Origin: Spirochaetia bacterium
Lineage (GTDB): Bacteria > Spirochaetota > Spirochaetia > DSM-16054 > Sediminispirochaetaceae
NCBI GenBank assembly: GCA_034520965.1
Contig: JAXHMY010000002.1
Location: 160,001-224,000 of the forward strand
DNA: 64,000 nucleotides
Direction of reading: 5' to 3'
Below the pieces are notes generated by a model, which made no database searches, had not been told where the DNA came from, and saw only the letters and a program-made list of their open reading frames with translations. Below, piece by piece: positions 19,515-30,038 of the stretch (position 1 is its first letter; each line of letters begins with the position of its first letter). A program made the translations under genes and the position numbers.

Positions 19515-22067
19515 TTAAGAAGTGTTATTAACTAATCTGAAATAATCAAACAGCAAGCCGGCATTTTCTCCGTATGTTTCCGGAGGTTCCATTAACAGCT
19601 GTTCACGTTCTACTGAAAAGGAGCCTAAAAACTCCCCTATCGTTCCGTGAGTATATGTGCACAGCTCTTTCAGATTGAATTTGCCCACACCCTGAGTTGG
19701 TATATACAGCTTTATGAACGGTACTTCCACCACATCACTCTTTTTCTCAGAACTAATCTCAAGTAGTTTATTGTCAGCTTTTTTATCTTCTAGGAAAGTG
19801 ATAATTTTTTCCGATAGGTCCTTTATCCCTGAATTGCTAGTCTGAGTATACTTCGATTCGGGTAAGCCTTTAATAATATAGGTAGAAGCTGCATGCAGCG
19901 CCATCAGCGACTGCCCTCGACCGCGACCTTTCTGACCTGGCATCTGCTGCAGCCGTGTTATTTCAATTCCCTCCGGCAGTACCCGATTCATGGAGTTTAT
20001 AAGCTCTGTCGGGTCATGCTCCGCCAATAATTTGCAGCGAGCTATTTCGGCCTTGGATGCAATACCTAACGTCAGCGGGTGGGCAAATTCCATACGCGGT
20101 TTTGGATTAAAACCTGAGGTATACTCGAGCCCAATACCCGCCCGCTGAAAGCTCCGTTCAAAAATGGTCATTATATTGATATGGGACAAAAATCGCGCTT
20201 TTCCCAGTTTGCTGAAAGAAAACAGGTACCAGAACCCATCAGGTTTTTCAGCTTCAACTTCAGAGCTCATTGTCGATTCGTCCGCTTGCTCCGGCGGCTC
20301 TGCAGCTGCAAGCGGACGTGTTTCATGAACACATACTCCGCAATGATGATCACATGGAAATACACAAGCGTTTGTAAGTTCATGTTGTTTTGATTTTTCT
20401 AACTCACTCTTTAGAAAACGTTGAGTTATGCCTATGTCTACCTTATTCCAGGGCAGATCTTCGTCGATAGTACGTTCTCGACAGCTTTCCTTTTCTACAT
20501 CCCAGTTCTGTGCTTCAAAGCTGGCTCGCCATATATCAAATGACGCATACTCTTCCCATGCATCCAGACGGGCTCCACGGCGATACGCGTCTTCTATTAG
20601 CGGCCCTACTCTTTTGTCGCCTCTGGAAATCACGCCTTCTAGATAAGAAATAAAGGGCGAATGATAATTTACCCGTACTGGAGTTTTATGAAACGCTTCA
20701 CGAACCTCTTTTATTCGTTCCAGAGCTTGATCTTCCGTCAGCTGCCGTGACCATTGATAGGGCGTATGTGGTTTCGGTATAAATGTTCCAATATTTACAT
20801 TTAGCTTAAACTTACTGACCTTACGTACCTGCTGCAGATACTCAATAATAGCTTCTGCCTCATTCGCTCCCTCATATAAATGCTCCGGGAGTCCGACCAT
20901 AAAATAAAATTTCGCAAGGTTCCAGCCTCTTCGTCGTGCTTCCAGTAGAATTTCAGTTACCCTTTCCGCAGTTACTTCTTTGTTAATACTGCGCTGCCAT
21001 TCCTGGTGCGGGGTTTCCACAGCAAAGGTCAATCCACTTTTCCTAATTTTTGAAACTTCCTGAAGCAGCGGTAAAGTAAAAGAATTGACATACAGCGAAG
21101 GCAATGCAAAGGAGACACCAAGCCCTTGGTAACGAGCATTTAATGTTCTTACCAACTGATGAAGGCCGACATAATCGCCGGAGGAAAGTGATGAGAGGGT
21201 AATTTCGCGGTACCCAAGTTCATATACATAAAAATCAGTTTCTTCAATGATTGCTGCTGTCGATTTTTGGCGATAGGGCCGGTAGAAATAGCCCGCATGG
21301 CAAAACCGACATCCATTAGGACAACCACGCATAATTTCCACCACCCCATGGTCCTGTACCACGCTGATGTTAGGTACCGGCAGTATGCGTGTACGGGGTG
21401 TATCGAAACCGTGCCATAATACTCGTCTGGCCGGCTGCTCCTTCTCGCGCATCCATACTGCCGGTACCGATTGGAGCTCCTTCAATATGTCCTGACGAGC
21501 GGCTCCCCTCGCTTTGCAGGTCTTGATTATTTGTACTATCGATTCTAAAGACTCTTCGGCTTCGCCTATGTAAATAGCATCAAAAAACTCCGCGAAGGGT
21601 TCAGGGTTTGTAAGGGCCGGCCCTCCGCCGATTACAATTGGGTCCGTCGAACTGCGATCACTCCTGCGGATTGGAATATGTCCCCGTTCAAGGGTACTAA
21701 GAATATTAGTAGCACTCAGTTCGTAGCCAACCGAAAAACCGAGCATATCCAGTTTTTGCAGAGGAATCCCACTCTCAAGGGTGTACAAGGGTATTTCAGA
21801 TTGGCGAAGGAATTCCTCAAAATCTGGTGCTGGTGTAAAAACCCGTTCACAATGTACATTGTCCATTGAGTTCAGCTGTGCATACAGGAGTTTAATAGCG
21901 GTATTTGACATACCTATTTCGTATAAGTCGGGAAAACATATAGCAGTAAGCAAATCACCAGGACAGCTCTCAGGTACAATCCCGTATTCACCGCCGGTAT
22001 ATCTTCCCGGCATTTGTACCTTCGGCAGTATATGTGCTAAATCTATTTCAGGTTTAATGTATTTCAT
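19515..22067 (-). CDS. B12-binding radical SAM protein (TIGR03960-like) fused to radical-SAM-linked DUF2344/TIGR03936-like domain
   Basis: PGRYTGGE, FPDLYEIGMSN, RGCPNGCRFC CxxxCxxC; C-terminal RFLSHI...YTSGFNPKPRMEFAHPL. Confidence 0.85.
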   Translation of the reverse strand: MKYIKPEIDLAHILPKVQMPGRYTGGEYGIVPESCPGDLLTAICFPDLYEIGMSNTAIKLLYAQLNSMDNVHCERVFTPAPDFEEFLRQSEIPLYTLESGIPLQKLDMLGFSVGYELSATNILSTLERGHIPIRRSDRSSTDPIVIGGGPALTNPEPFAEFFDAIYIGEAEESLESIVQIIKTCKARGAARQDILKELQSVPAVWMREKEQPARRVLWHGFDTPRTRILPVPNISVVQDHGVVEIMRGCPNGCRFCHAGYFYRPYRQKSTAAIIEETDFYVYELGYREITLSSLSSGDYVGLHQLVRTLNARYQGLGVSFALPSLYVNSFTLPLLQEVSKIRKSGLTFAVETPHQEWQRSINKEVTAERVTEILLEARRRGWNLAKFYFMVGLPEHLYEGANEAEAIIEYLQQVRKVSKFKLNVNIGTFIPKPHTPYQWSRQLTEDQALERIKEVREAFHKTPVRVNYHSPFISYLEGVISRGDKRVGPLIEDAYRRGARLDAWEEYASFDIWRASFEAQNWDVEKESCRERTIDEDLPWNKVDIGITQRFLKSELEKSKQHELTNACVFPCDHHCGVCVHETRPLAAAEPPEQADESTMSSEVEAEKPDGFWYLFSFSKLGKARFLSHINIMTIFERSFQRAGIGLEYTSGFNPKPRMEFAHPLTLGIASKAEIARCKLLAEHDPTELINSMNRVLPEGIEITRLQQMPGQKGRGRGQSLMALHAASTYIIKGLPESKYTQTSNSGIKDLSEKIITFLEDKKADNKLLEISSEKKSDVVEVPFIKLYIPTQGVGKFNLKELCTYTHGTIGEFLGSFSVEREQLLMEPPETYGENAGLLFDYFRLVNNTS

Positions 22068-22087
22068 GTGTGAGGGTCCTCAGTATT

Positions 22088-23431
22088 TCAGTATTTATAA
22101 CGTCGAAGATGGATGTTCTGTATTAATGACAAGCCAATGGTAGCCGTCCATAATGATGAGCCTCCATATGAGAGAAAGAAGAGAGGGATACCGGTAATCG
22201 GCATAATTCCTATGGCCATACCAATGTTGATAACCAAGTGAAAGAATATCATAAAAACAACACCGGCACCCACAAATACTCCAAAATCATCACCAGAATG
22301 CAGACTTATTATCAATCCGCGAATCAGTATTACAGCAAACAGTGCTAATATAACAAACGATCCGATAAATCCCCATTCCTCAGCAATAATTGAAAAAATA
22401 AAATCAGTACTCTGCTCCGGTAAAAACTGGTAGTGGCTCTGAGTACCTTCCAGAAAACCTTTCCCCCAAAATCCACCGGAACCCACTGCTGTTAAGGATT
22501 GAATAATATGCCACCCGCTCCCCTGTGGATCTACCTCAGGCTTGATAAACACAATCAGACGCATAATTTGATAATCCTTCAGTATAATGCGGAGCAGGTA
22601 TGAACTGAGCAAAGACAGCGAAAGCAGCAACCCAGTGCTTCCAAAATACATAAAAAACCATCTCTTGGCAAAACGATATCCCAGAAAGGCTATTAGTCCT
22701 ACAAAGCTAAGGGTCGCACTCGTAAAAAACACCAAATTACTTCGCTGAAATATTTCAAGAAAGCGAATTTTCTGCTGCAGAATATAATTTTCCCATACCG
22801 GGATGACAGCAAACAACACTGTTAAAAGTCCAAAGAAAAACAAAAACAGTAAAGCCTTTCGGTTCACTCCGGCAATAAAACTGATCACCCAGAAAAGCGG
22901 AATATAGACTAAGGCGGTTCCCATATCCGGCTGCAGCAGAATAAGACCCATCGGCAGAAGCGTCAGCGACAGAGCAATCAGAAAAGTCCCCATACTGTCG
23001 ATTTCATTTTTACGATGCTGATAAAATGAAGCTAAGCCAAGAATCAGTCCGATCTTCATAAACTCCGACGGTTGAATTCCAAAACCAAACAGGCCTAACC
23101 AGGAACGGGCACCTTTTACTGTCCTTCCAAATAGTAATGTTACAATCAACAGCAGCAAAAGGCCTAGGTATATTTGTATAGATAGTTTTTGCATAGTATC
23201 GTAATGCGGTAACTGTAATAAAAAATATATTACCACAGCCGTAGCTATCCACACTATTTGCAGCACATACTCACGTGATATGACTTGCCCCGCTGCATTA
23301 ACGCCACTCGAGTAAATAAACAGACCACCAATACACATTAAACAGAGCATAGATAGGAATGTAAGTAAATCAAACTCGAATATTGAACCGGACCGTTGCC
23401 GGCTCAATAGCCCTTCACTCTCTCCGATCAT
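22088..23431 (-). CDS. rodA: Rod shape-determining protein RodA (SEDS)
   Basis: GARSWL..IQPSEFMK, LQPDMGT, PEQSTDFIFS, GIPLFFLSYGGSS. Confidence 0.95.
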   Translation of the reverse strand: MIGESEGLLSRQRSGSIFEFDLLTFLSMLCLMCIGGLFIYSSGVNAAGQVISREYVLQIVWIATAVVIYFLLQLPHYDTMQKLSIQIYLGLLLLLIVTLLFGRTVKGARSWLGLFGFGIQPSEFMKIGLILGLASFYQHRKNEIDSMGTFLIALSLTLLPMGLILLQPDMGTALVYIPLFWVISFIAGVNRKALLFLFFFGLLTVLFAVIPVWENYILQQKIRFLEIFQRSNLVFFTSATLSFVGLIAFLGYRFAKRWFFMYFGSTGLLLSLSLLSSYLLRIILKDYQIMRLIVFIKPEVDPQGSGWHIIQSLTAVGSGGFWGKGFLEGTQSHYQFLPEQSTDFIFSIIAEEWGFIGSFVILALFAVILIRGLIISLHSGDDFGVFVGAGVVFMIFFHLVINIGMAIGIMPITGIPLFFLSYGGSSLWTATIGLSLIQNIHLRRYKY

Positions 23432-25283
23432 TATGCAGCCAACCCCAATTTAAAGATTCTATTGCCTCATCGTAATTCTGGTCCGCAAATATACCCTGAA
23501 AAATTATATTTGCCGCCCGCACAGCCCACCACTCCCATTCATTTTCGGCTTCCACCATAGTGACCACAACCACCTGTTCCTCCGGTGGGGCATCGTATGG
23601 CCCATAAGCAACAAACCAGGCATCCCAGCTCTCCTCCAGCCCTACGTCTCCTGTGCCGGTTTTACCGGCAACTTTCACAGCTTCGGTGGTAATAACTACC
23701 TCGGCTGTTCCGTCGGTAATTACTCCCCGCATATTCTGCTGTACAGTCTTAAAAGTCTCTTTACGAATACTTGAAGTACGTAAAACCTCCGGCTCAATTG
23801 TTTCAATAGTTTGACCACTTACCGGATCTTCAATTTTCTTCAACAGATGTGGTTTATATACAGTCCCTTCATTGGTGACCATCGCCACCATATTGGCCAT
23901 CTGAATTGGGGTTACACCAAGATATCCCTGACCGATGGAGGTATTTACCGTATCGCCCCCTACCCAGGCCGAACCGTAGGTCTGCTCTTTCCAAATAGGA
24001 GTAGGCACCGCCCCACGAACTTCACCGGGCAGGTCGATACCTGTGTATTCTCCAAAACCGAAACGCTTTGCGTAATTGGCAATAAAGTCTATTCCCAAGT
24101 AGTTAAGGCCTAATGTATAGAAGTATACATTGCACGATTCCGCCAGGGCCTCTGATAAGTTAACCGGTCCGTGCCCTTTAGGCTCATGACAGTTAAACTC
24201 GCGGTTACCTACCCATATAGAGCCACGACAGACTATCTCTTTCTCAGAATCGATAGCCTCTTCCTCCAATGCAGCGGTAGACATAATTACCTTGAAAGTC
24301 GATGCCGGAGCGTAGCTCGACTGGATCGCACGGTTAAGAAAAGGATGCTGCTCATCGAGGGCATAACTGCGGTAGGATTGAAAGGCGTTGTCCATATAAA
24401 AATCGTTAGGATCGTACCAAGGGTACGAGACCATAGCTAAAATCTCTCCCGTAGCCGGTTTCATAACCAAAGCAGATCCTGTGCGTCGACCTAGAGCCTG
24501 TTCCGCCAGTCTCTGAATACGCCTGTCGATTGTTAACACCAAATTCTTACCGTTCTCCGGAGGAACCTCCGTCATTTTCCCACTACCTACTTGGCGTCCG
24601 TACACATCCACTACATTATACCGCCGCCCGTCTTTACCTCGCAGCAACTGATCGTATTGCTTTTCAATCCCGCTCTTTCCAACTACCGAATTAATGGCAT
24701 AGCCCTGATTATACATTACCTGTAACTCTTCTGTAGTAATACCACCCACGTGACCAAGCACATGAGCAGCGGAGTTGGTATCTTGATAACTTCGAATGGG
24801 TTTTGCCTGCCAACTTATTCCGGGGTAATCCTCAATATGCTCGGCAATGCGGGTTATTATATCAAAGTCAACCCCACTTTTTATTTCCACCGGTTGGTAC
24901 AGATTACGGTACTGTGTAGGAACCCTTGCTAAAATCTCATCTTTACCCATGCGGAGTAAGACGGATAATCGCTGTGCTACGGAATCCATCTGTTCATTCG
25001 TGAGTTCACCGGGAATCATGTTTATTGCAAAGGAGTCAACATTAATTACCATCGGAGTATCATGTTGACGGTCGAATATCTCACCCCGTTGCGCGGGAAT
25101 CGGTATAGATCTGCTGGCTACCTGACGGGCTCTGTTCTTGTACTCTCCCCCCTTGGTAATTTGCAAATGAAAAATATACCCAAGGTATACGAGCAAAGCT
25201 ACAACTATAAGCAGTAACAGACTGTATACCCGCAGACTGTAACGATTTTTAACCGTATTGGCTGAATAATAGTGTTCATTCAT
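23415..25283 (-). CDS. mrdA: Penicillin-binding protein 2
   Basis: RGEIFDR, STFK (SxxK), SCN (SxN), KTG motifs; mre cluster context. Confidence 0.95.
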   Translation of the reverse strand: MNEHYYSANTVKNRYSLRVYSLLLLIVVALLVYLGYIFHLQITKGGEYKNRARQVASRSIPIPAQRGEIFDRQHDTPMVINVDSFAINMIPGELTNEQMDSVAQRLSVLLRMGKDEILARVPTQYRNLYQPVEIKSGVDFDIITRIAEHIEDYPGISWQAKPIRSYQDTNSAAHVLGHVGGITTEELQVMYNQGYAINSVVGKSGIEKQYDQLLRGKDGRRYNVVDVYGRQVGSGKMTEVPPENGKNLVLTIDRRIQRLAEQALGRRTGSALVMKPATGEILAMVSYPWYDPNDFYMDNAFQSYRSYALDEQHPFLNRAIQSSYAPASTFKVIMSTAALEEEAIDSEKEIVCRGSIWVGNREFNCHEPKGHGPVNLSEALAESCNVYFYTLGLNYLGIDFIANYAKRFGFGEYTGIDLPGEVRGAVPTPIWKEQTYGSAWVGGDTVNTSIGQGYLGVTPIQMANMVAMVTNEGTVYKPHLLKKIEDPVSGQTIETIEPEVLRTSSIRKETFKTVQQNMRGVITDGTAEVVITTEAVKVAGKTGTGDVGLEESWDAWFVAYGPYDAPPEEQVVVVTMVEAENEWEWWAVRAANIIFQGIFADQNYDEAIESLNWGWLHNDRRE

Positions 25284-25786
25284 AGCATTTGAGTTTCATG
25301 TTCACTACAGAGCTTAAATACACGCAGTAGAGCAAAAATAAAGGGAGCCAAGACTGCATGCATACCAATCTGAATCAGTACACCTATTGAAAGCACAGAT
25401 GATACACGTAACGGCAGAAATATGATCGCAATTATGAAAGATGTAAATATTACTATTAAGGTAGCAGCTATAGCAAAAATGACTGGAATAGTAAGAGAAT
25501 CAACATACATCTTTCCCCGAGTCAAGCCAAATAAGTGCCCGATAACCGTATAGATCAGACTATGAAATCCAAGGGGTGCCATCCCCAGCATGTCCATCAT
25601 TAGTCCAGCTAAAAACCCAATAATCTTTCCTTCCATAGTTCCTAATTGGTGTGCAAAAAAAACCAGCAAAAGAAGGGTAAAATCGGGACGTATTTCAGCT
25701 ATATTCAGGGAGGTAAACACACTGTTTTGCAGTAATGCACATACGATCAGAATAACAGCATATATAATGGGATTCTTCTTACGCAC
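25280..25786 (-). CDS. mreD: Rod shape-determining protein MreD
   Basis: Hydrophobic, PDFTLL and GFLAGLMMD motifs; between mreC and mrdA. Confidence 0.9.
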   Translation of the reverse strand: MRKKNPIIYAVILIVCALLQNSVFTSLNIAEIRPDFTLLLLVFFAHQLGTMEGKIIGFLAGLMMDMLGMAPLGFHSLIYTVIGHLFGLTRGKMYVDSLTIPVIFAIAATLIVIFTSFIIAIIFLPLRVSSVLSIGVLIQIGMHAVLAPFIFALLRVFKLCSEHETQML

Positions 25787-26635
25787 TTATTCATTCTCCA
25801 CTAATAATATGAACACATACTCAAGGCGGGTAAAATCGACTAAAGGGCGAATCTCCAGGGTAAGGGAAGATTCCCATTCAGGGGCCCGTATGGCGTCTAC
25901 CCTGCCAATGTACAGATCTTTAGGATAAATGGAGCGGAAACCGGAGGTAACTACTAAATCGCCGAACTGGATTCTATTTTTAGCCCGTTTCTTTACATAT
26001 GTCATTTCGACCAGCCCGTCTGCAGCTCCTAGACCATGCAAAAGGCCTTCATAACGGCTCTCCCGCATTTTAGCAGCCACGAAACAGCTGCGGTCAATGA
26101 TCGGTAAGACCTTCGCGGTTGTATCAGTTACTTCCACTACTTTACCCACCAAGCTACTAAACCCTTCGGCGTATGCAATTACCGGAGCATCTTCTGCAAT
26201 TCCTTGTTTACTGCCACGATTAATGGTAAAACCGTCGAAAAGTAGCCCAGGTTCCTTCGCGATTATCCTCGCAGCAACATGGGAGAATGGAGTTTTCTGA
26301 GAAAAATCTAAAAGCTCACGTAACTGAGTGTTTTCGCTTTGTAGGTCCAGGATGTTACGCTCTATTGTTTTATATTCGTTCACCCTTTCCTGCAGTACTT
26401 CGTATTCTTGGCGTATCCTGCGCAGCTCACCGATTGAATTAAAAAAGTTGCTAAAAAAATGTTCAACCTCTGCAGCACTTGACTGCACCGACGCAAATAT
26501 CGAATACCCTATATGCTTAGAGGCCGAGTTTACAGATTGGGATTGGGTCCCTATAGCAACAGTTGAAATTGTTATGAGAACAACAAATACGACCCCGTTT
26601 CGATGCCGGGAAAAGAATCTTCTTAAACCTTCCAT
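25787..26635 (-). CDS. mreC: Rod shape-determining protein MreC
   Basis: TM + coiled coil ENTQLRELL, INRGSKQGI, GDLVVTSG..IYPK. Confidence 0.93.
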   Translation of the reverse strand: MEGLRRFFSRHRNGVVFVVLITISTVAIGTQSQSVNSASKHIGYSIFASVQSSAAEVEHFFSNFFNSIGELRRIRQEYEVLQERVNEYKTIERNILDLQSENTQLRELLDFSQKTPFSHVAARIIAKEPGLLFDGFTINRGSKQGIAEDAPVIAYAEGFSSLVGKVVEVTDTTAKVLPIIDRSCFVAAKMRESRYEGLLHGLGAADGLVEMTYVKKRAKNRIQFGDLVVTSGFRSIYPKDLYIGRVDAIRAPEWESSLTLEIRPLVDFTRLEYVFILLVENE

Positions 26636-27709
26636 TACCTATCCAGGCTGCCTATCTGGACATTCTGCTGAAAATTATTGTAAATAGTTTTACTGCCGTC
26701 GCCACCGTACCGTACATGTTCAAAGTATTTACCGGCACCCTTTGCAACGCACAATAGCGGCTCCTCGGCTAAGGATTACCGGTACTCCGGTTTCTTTTGC
26801 AATCAACTTCGGCAGCCCTTTTAACAGGGAACCACCACCAGTCATCACAATTCCCCTTTCAACTATATCAGCTGCAAGCTCCGGAGGGGTCTGTCCCAGG
26901 GTGCGTTTTATTTCTTCAATTACAGCACTGATTGGCTCTTGAAGAGCCTCGCGTACCTCGACACTATCTATCTCAAGTCGTCTTGGAAGACCGGTGATTG
27001 CATCAGTACCTTTTATCTCCATCTTTTCTATTTGCTTATCCGCAACCGCATTCCCAATTGACATTTTCAGGGTTTCGGCTGTCTGCTCTCCCACAATTAA
27101 ATTATGTACCGAACGTACATGCTTAATAATTGCTTCATCAAATTCGTCACCACCCAGTCTGATAGCATTAGTTACCACCATACCGCCTAGAGATATTACG
27201 GAGATCTCAGTAGTTCCTCCACCGATATCGCACACCATGTGCCCGGCCGGCTCAAAGATAGGAATATTAGCACCTATAGCGGCTGCCAGGGATTCTTCAA
27301 TTACTTTTACTTCACGGGCGCCCGCTTTGTAGGCACTCTCTTCCACAGCTCTCCGTTCAACCTCAGTAATGCAGGTGGGCACTCCAATAACCATCCGCGG
27401 TTTTACAAACCAGCGGCGGGGGAGAATTTTTGTAATAAAATATCGGATCATTTTTTCGGTAGTTTCGAGGTCGGCAATAACTCCGTCTCTCAGTGGACGG
27501 ATGGCGATAATATCACCGGGAGTTTTCCAGAGCATACGCTTTGCCTCTGCTCCGACGGCTACCACCTTTTTTGTTCCACGCTCAACGGCTACTACTGAGG
27601 GCTCGCTCACAACGATTCCCTTTCCGCGTACATACACAAGGGTGTTACAAGTTCCTAAATCTATTCCGATATCTGTTGAAAAGGCTTCGCTGAACCGTTT
27701 GAACGCCAT
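26635..27709 (-). CDS. mreB: Actin-like MreB (apparent +1 frameshift near 26772)
   Basis: [27 protein letters not shown]. The shifted frame restores [16 protein letters not shown] and ends at a TAA overlapping the mreC ATG. Confidence 0.95.
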
Positions 27710-27755
27710 TTATTCTACTCCTCTCGATTTAATACTTGGTACCAGTAATTCAGAA

Positions 27756-28793
27756 TCACTGTAAGGCGTTTTCAAAATTACCACTTTGAAAACGCTTCTG
27801 TGTTAGTACAGGTTTTAACAGAGCCCCGTAATGTGCAGGATCGATGCTCAACACCTTTCTCCATTCTGCTCGAGCCTTTACACGCTGGTCGAGTTTTTCA
27901 TACACCTCACCAAGATAGTAATGAGCATCGGCGGATTCAGGATTCAAGTCCAGTACCTTTTTGTATTGATCTTCCGCTTTACTCAACTCATTCTCTTCAA
28001 TATATATATTTCCCAGCAAGAATCTGCTTTTCTGTTCAATTGTTTTATCATCTGTAGAATGTACTGCGCGCATAAGAAAATCAAGGGCTTTATCGATTTT
28101 TTTCAACTTATAATACGCCTGTCCAATAGTCATATACAGAATCGGATCGGGGTTGGATTCAGCTGCTTTTAAGAAATATTGAACCCCGGTTTCATGCTCA
28201 TTTAATTCACTGTACCCCAGTCCTAAATATCGATTTGTATCCTCGCCTTGATAACCCATCTCTAGGGATTTTTCGAGATGCTTTATTGCAAGATCGATAT
28301 AAAAGCGTCCTTTATGATAATACGTTTTTCCCAGTACATAATGCACTTGACCTTCCATTGAAGGAGAAGAAAGAGTTAATACTTTTCTTAAGTTTATGAT
28401 GGCTTTGTCATATTGGGGAATTTGGTCTTCGAGGGTATATAGGCTGGTTCCGCGATAGAAATAGGCAAAACCGTTTAAGGCTAAATACTGCGGATTAAGC
28501 GGCTCCTCTGCAAGGAGCTGTTCACATTCACGGTTAACTTTTGCAAATTCCTTCTGCTCCCATAAGTCCTGAAGAGAGACTTCCCGGCTCTGTTCGGATG
28601 TATCCGTTAATGATTCATTTTGAGTAGAATCTGCCTGAGTATCCCTTGCGAAAATGTTACCATTGATGAAAAAGAAATATACAATTCCGGCACCTAATAC
28701 ACTCAAGACTAGAATTAGCAGAACTATCCTCCGCATTTTAGAGCGTTTTTCCTGCTTTGCTGAAAATTGGTAACGGCTTTCAGGTAGTTGCAT
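27756..28793 (-). CDS. Membrane-anchored TPR protein upstream of mreB
   Basis: TM helix then several TPRs (AHYYLGEVYEK); last codons possibly frameshifted (ALLKLY* in shifted frame). Confidence 0.8.
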   Translation of the reverse strand: MQLPESRYQFSAKQEKRSKMRRIVLLILVLSVLGAGIVYFFFINGNIFARDTQADSTQNESLTDTSEQSREVSLQDLWEQKEFAKVNRECEQLLAEEPLNPQYLALNGFAYFYRGTSLYTLEDQIPQYDKAIINLRKVLTLSSPSMEGQVHYVLGKTYYHKGRFYIDLAIKHLEKSLEMGYQGEDTNRYLGLGYSELNEHETGVQYFLKAAESNPDPILYMTIGQAYYKLKKIDKALDFLMRAVHSTDDKTIEQKSRFLLGNIYIEENELSKAEDQYKKVLDLNPESADAHYYLGEVYEKLDQRVKARAEWRKVLSIDPAHYGALLKPVLTQKRFQSGNFENALQ

Positions 28794-28828
28794 TATGTGG
28801 CAGTCCTTGAGTGAATAAAATTAAAAAA

Positions 28829-29205
28829 AATGGCAGACCTATAAGCCGGGTTCTGTCGTGGATGACCATCTATCTCGGCAGCATTGTTGCCAATGCGCTC
28901 TAGCAGCCTACCCGCAGTATAGGGCGGACAACCCAACTGCTGCTCGGCCTTGCTTCTGACGAGGTTTACCATGCCCCGACTGTTACCAGCCGAGCGGTGA
29001 GCTCTTACCTCACCTTTTCACCCTTACCGGGGGCATTACGGTTCATCGGAAACCGATTAACCGAATACCACCGGCGGTCTGTTTTCTGTGGCACTAGCTA
29101 TGACACCTTTAGGGTGCCTCCGGGAGTTACCCGGCGCCATGTCCTGCGAAGCCCGGACTTTCCTCTATACCCTGACAGAGTACAGCGGCCATCCAGTCTG
29201 CCATT
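28829..29205 (-). ncRNA. rnpB: RNase P RNA (type A)
   Basis: Minus strand GAGGAAAGTCCGGG, AGTGCCACAGAAAA, GGTGAAAAGGTGAGGTAAGAGCTCACC and ACAGAACCCGGCTTAT; P1 helix TGGCAGAC/GTCTGCCA followed by a U-tract. Confidence 0.97.
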
Positions 29206-29227
29206 ACTATTCTCTATTAAAAAACTA

Positions 29228-30022
29228 TTACTCTTCTGCTCCAAGTTCTTCCGGAGATACTAAATCCGCCAAACTGCCGGATTCCTCTGAACCTACAAAT
29301 TGTTCGGCCACATCCTCGTCTTCATAAAACAATATACGACTGCAATACGGACAAAATCGAATACTATCGCCATTGCGAACATCGTTCACAAACTGCCCAG
29401 GAAGACTCATGTGACATCCGGTACAGACAGAGTTTTTTATAGGAACTATACCTAAACCGGATTTACTACGCACAATTCGCTCGAACTTAAAAACAATCTC
29501 TTCATCAAGATCGGGTACTATCTGCTGCTCTTCCTGTTCCAGATGCTTTAGTTCCCGCCGCTTTTCTTCATTTTCAGATTCAATCTTTTCCTGTTCCGCA
29601 GCAATTTCCTCTTCCTGCAGCTGGATCATTTTTTCATCTTTAGAGAGAGATTCCGACAGCTCTTCTAAAATCTTCTCTTCTCTTAATACATCTTTACGAA
29701 GCTGCTGCTCTTTCTCAGTAGCATCTCTAATCTCTTTATCCAAGGCTTCGTACTCGCGCTGAGTTGTAATCAGATCCATCTGCTTTTCGTACTCTTCACG
29801 TTGTCGTTCAGCGTCATCCAAACGGATTCTAAGATGTTTTATATGGTCTTTAGTATTTTCAACCTTGGTATTTTTTTCTAGATAGCTTTTCTTAAGTCGA
29901 TTTAGTAATTCTAGCTTTGTATTGACAAGCTTGGGGTTTTCCTCGATTTGCCGTTCAATTTCGAACTTCTTTGAGAGTATATCCTGAAGACTTCTCAATT
30001 TTTCAAATACTTCCTGCATCAT
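29228..30022 (-). CDS. Coiled-coil + C4 zinc-ribbon protein (DUF164/CT398-like)
   Basis: Long coiled coil, REYEALDKEI, CTGCHM...CPYCSRIL. Confidence 0.88.
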   Translation of the reverse strand: MMQEVFEKLRSLQDILSKKFEIERQIEENPKLVNTKLELLNRLKKSYLEKNTKVENTKDHIKHLRIRLDDAERQREEYEKQMDLITTQREYEALDKEIRDATEKEQQLRKDVLREEKILEELSESLSKDEKMIQLQEEEIAAEQEKIESENEEKRRELKHLEQEEQQIVPDLDEEIVFKFERIVRSKSGLGIVPIKNSVCTGCHMSLPGQFVNDVRNGDSIRFCPYCSRILFYEDEDVAEQFVGSEESGSLADLVSPEELGAEE

Positions 30023-30038
30023 ATGAACATATCCTCCA

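Noticed and set aside
28997..29327. ORFs 28997-29263 and 29088-29327 (+)
   Set aside because: Antisense to the RNase P RNA
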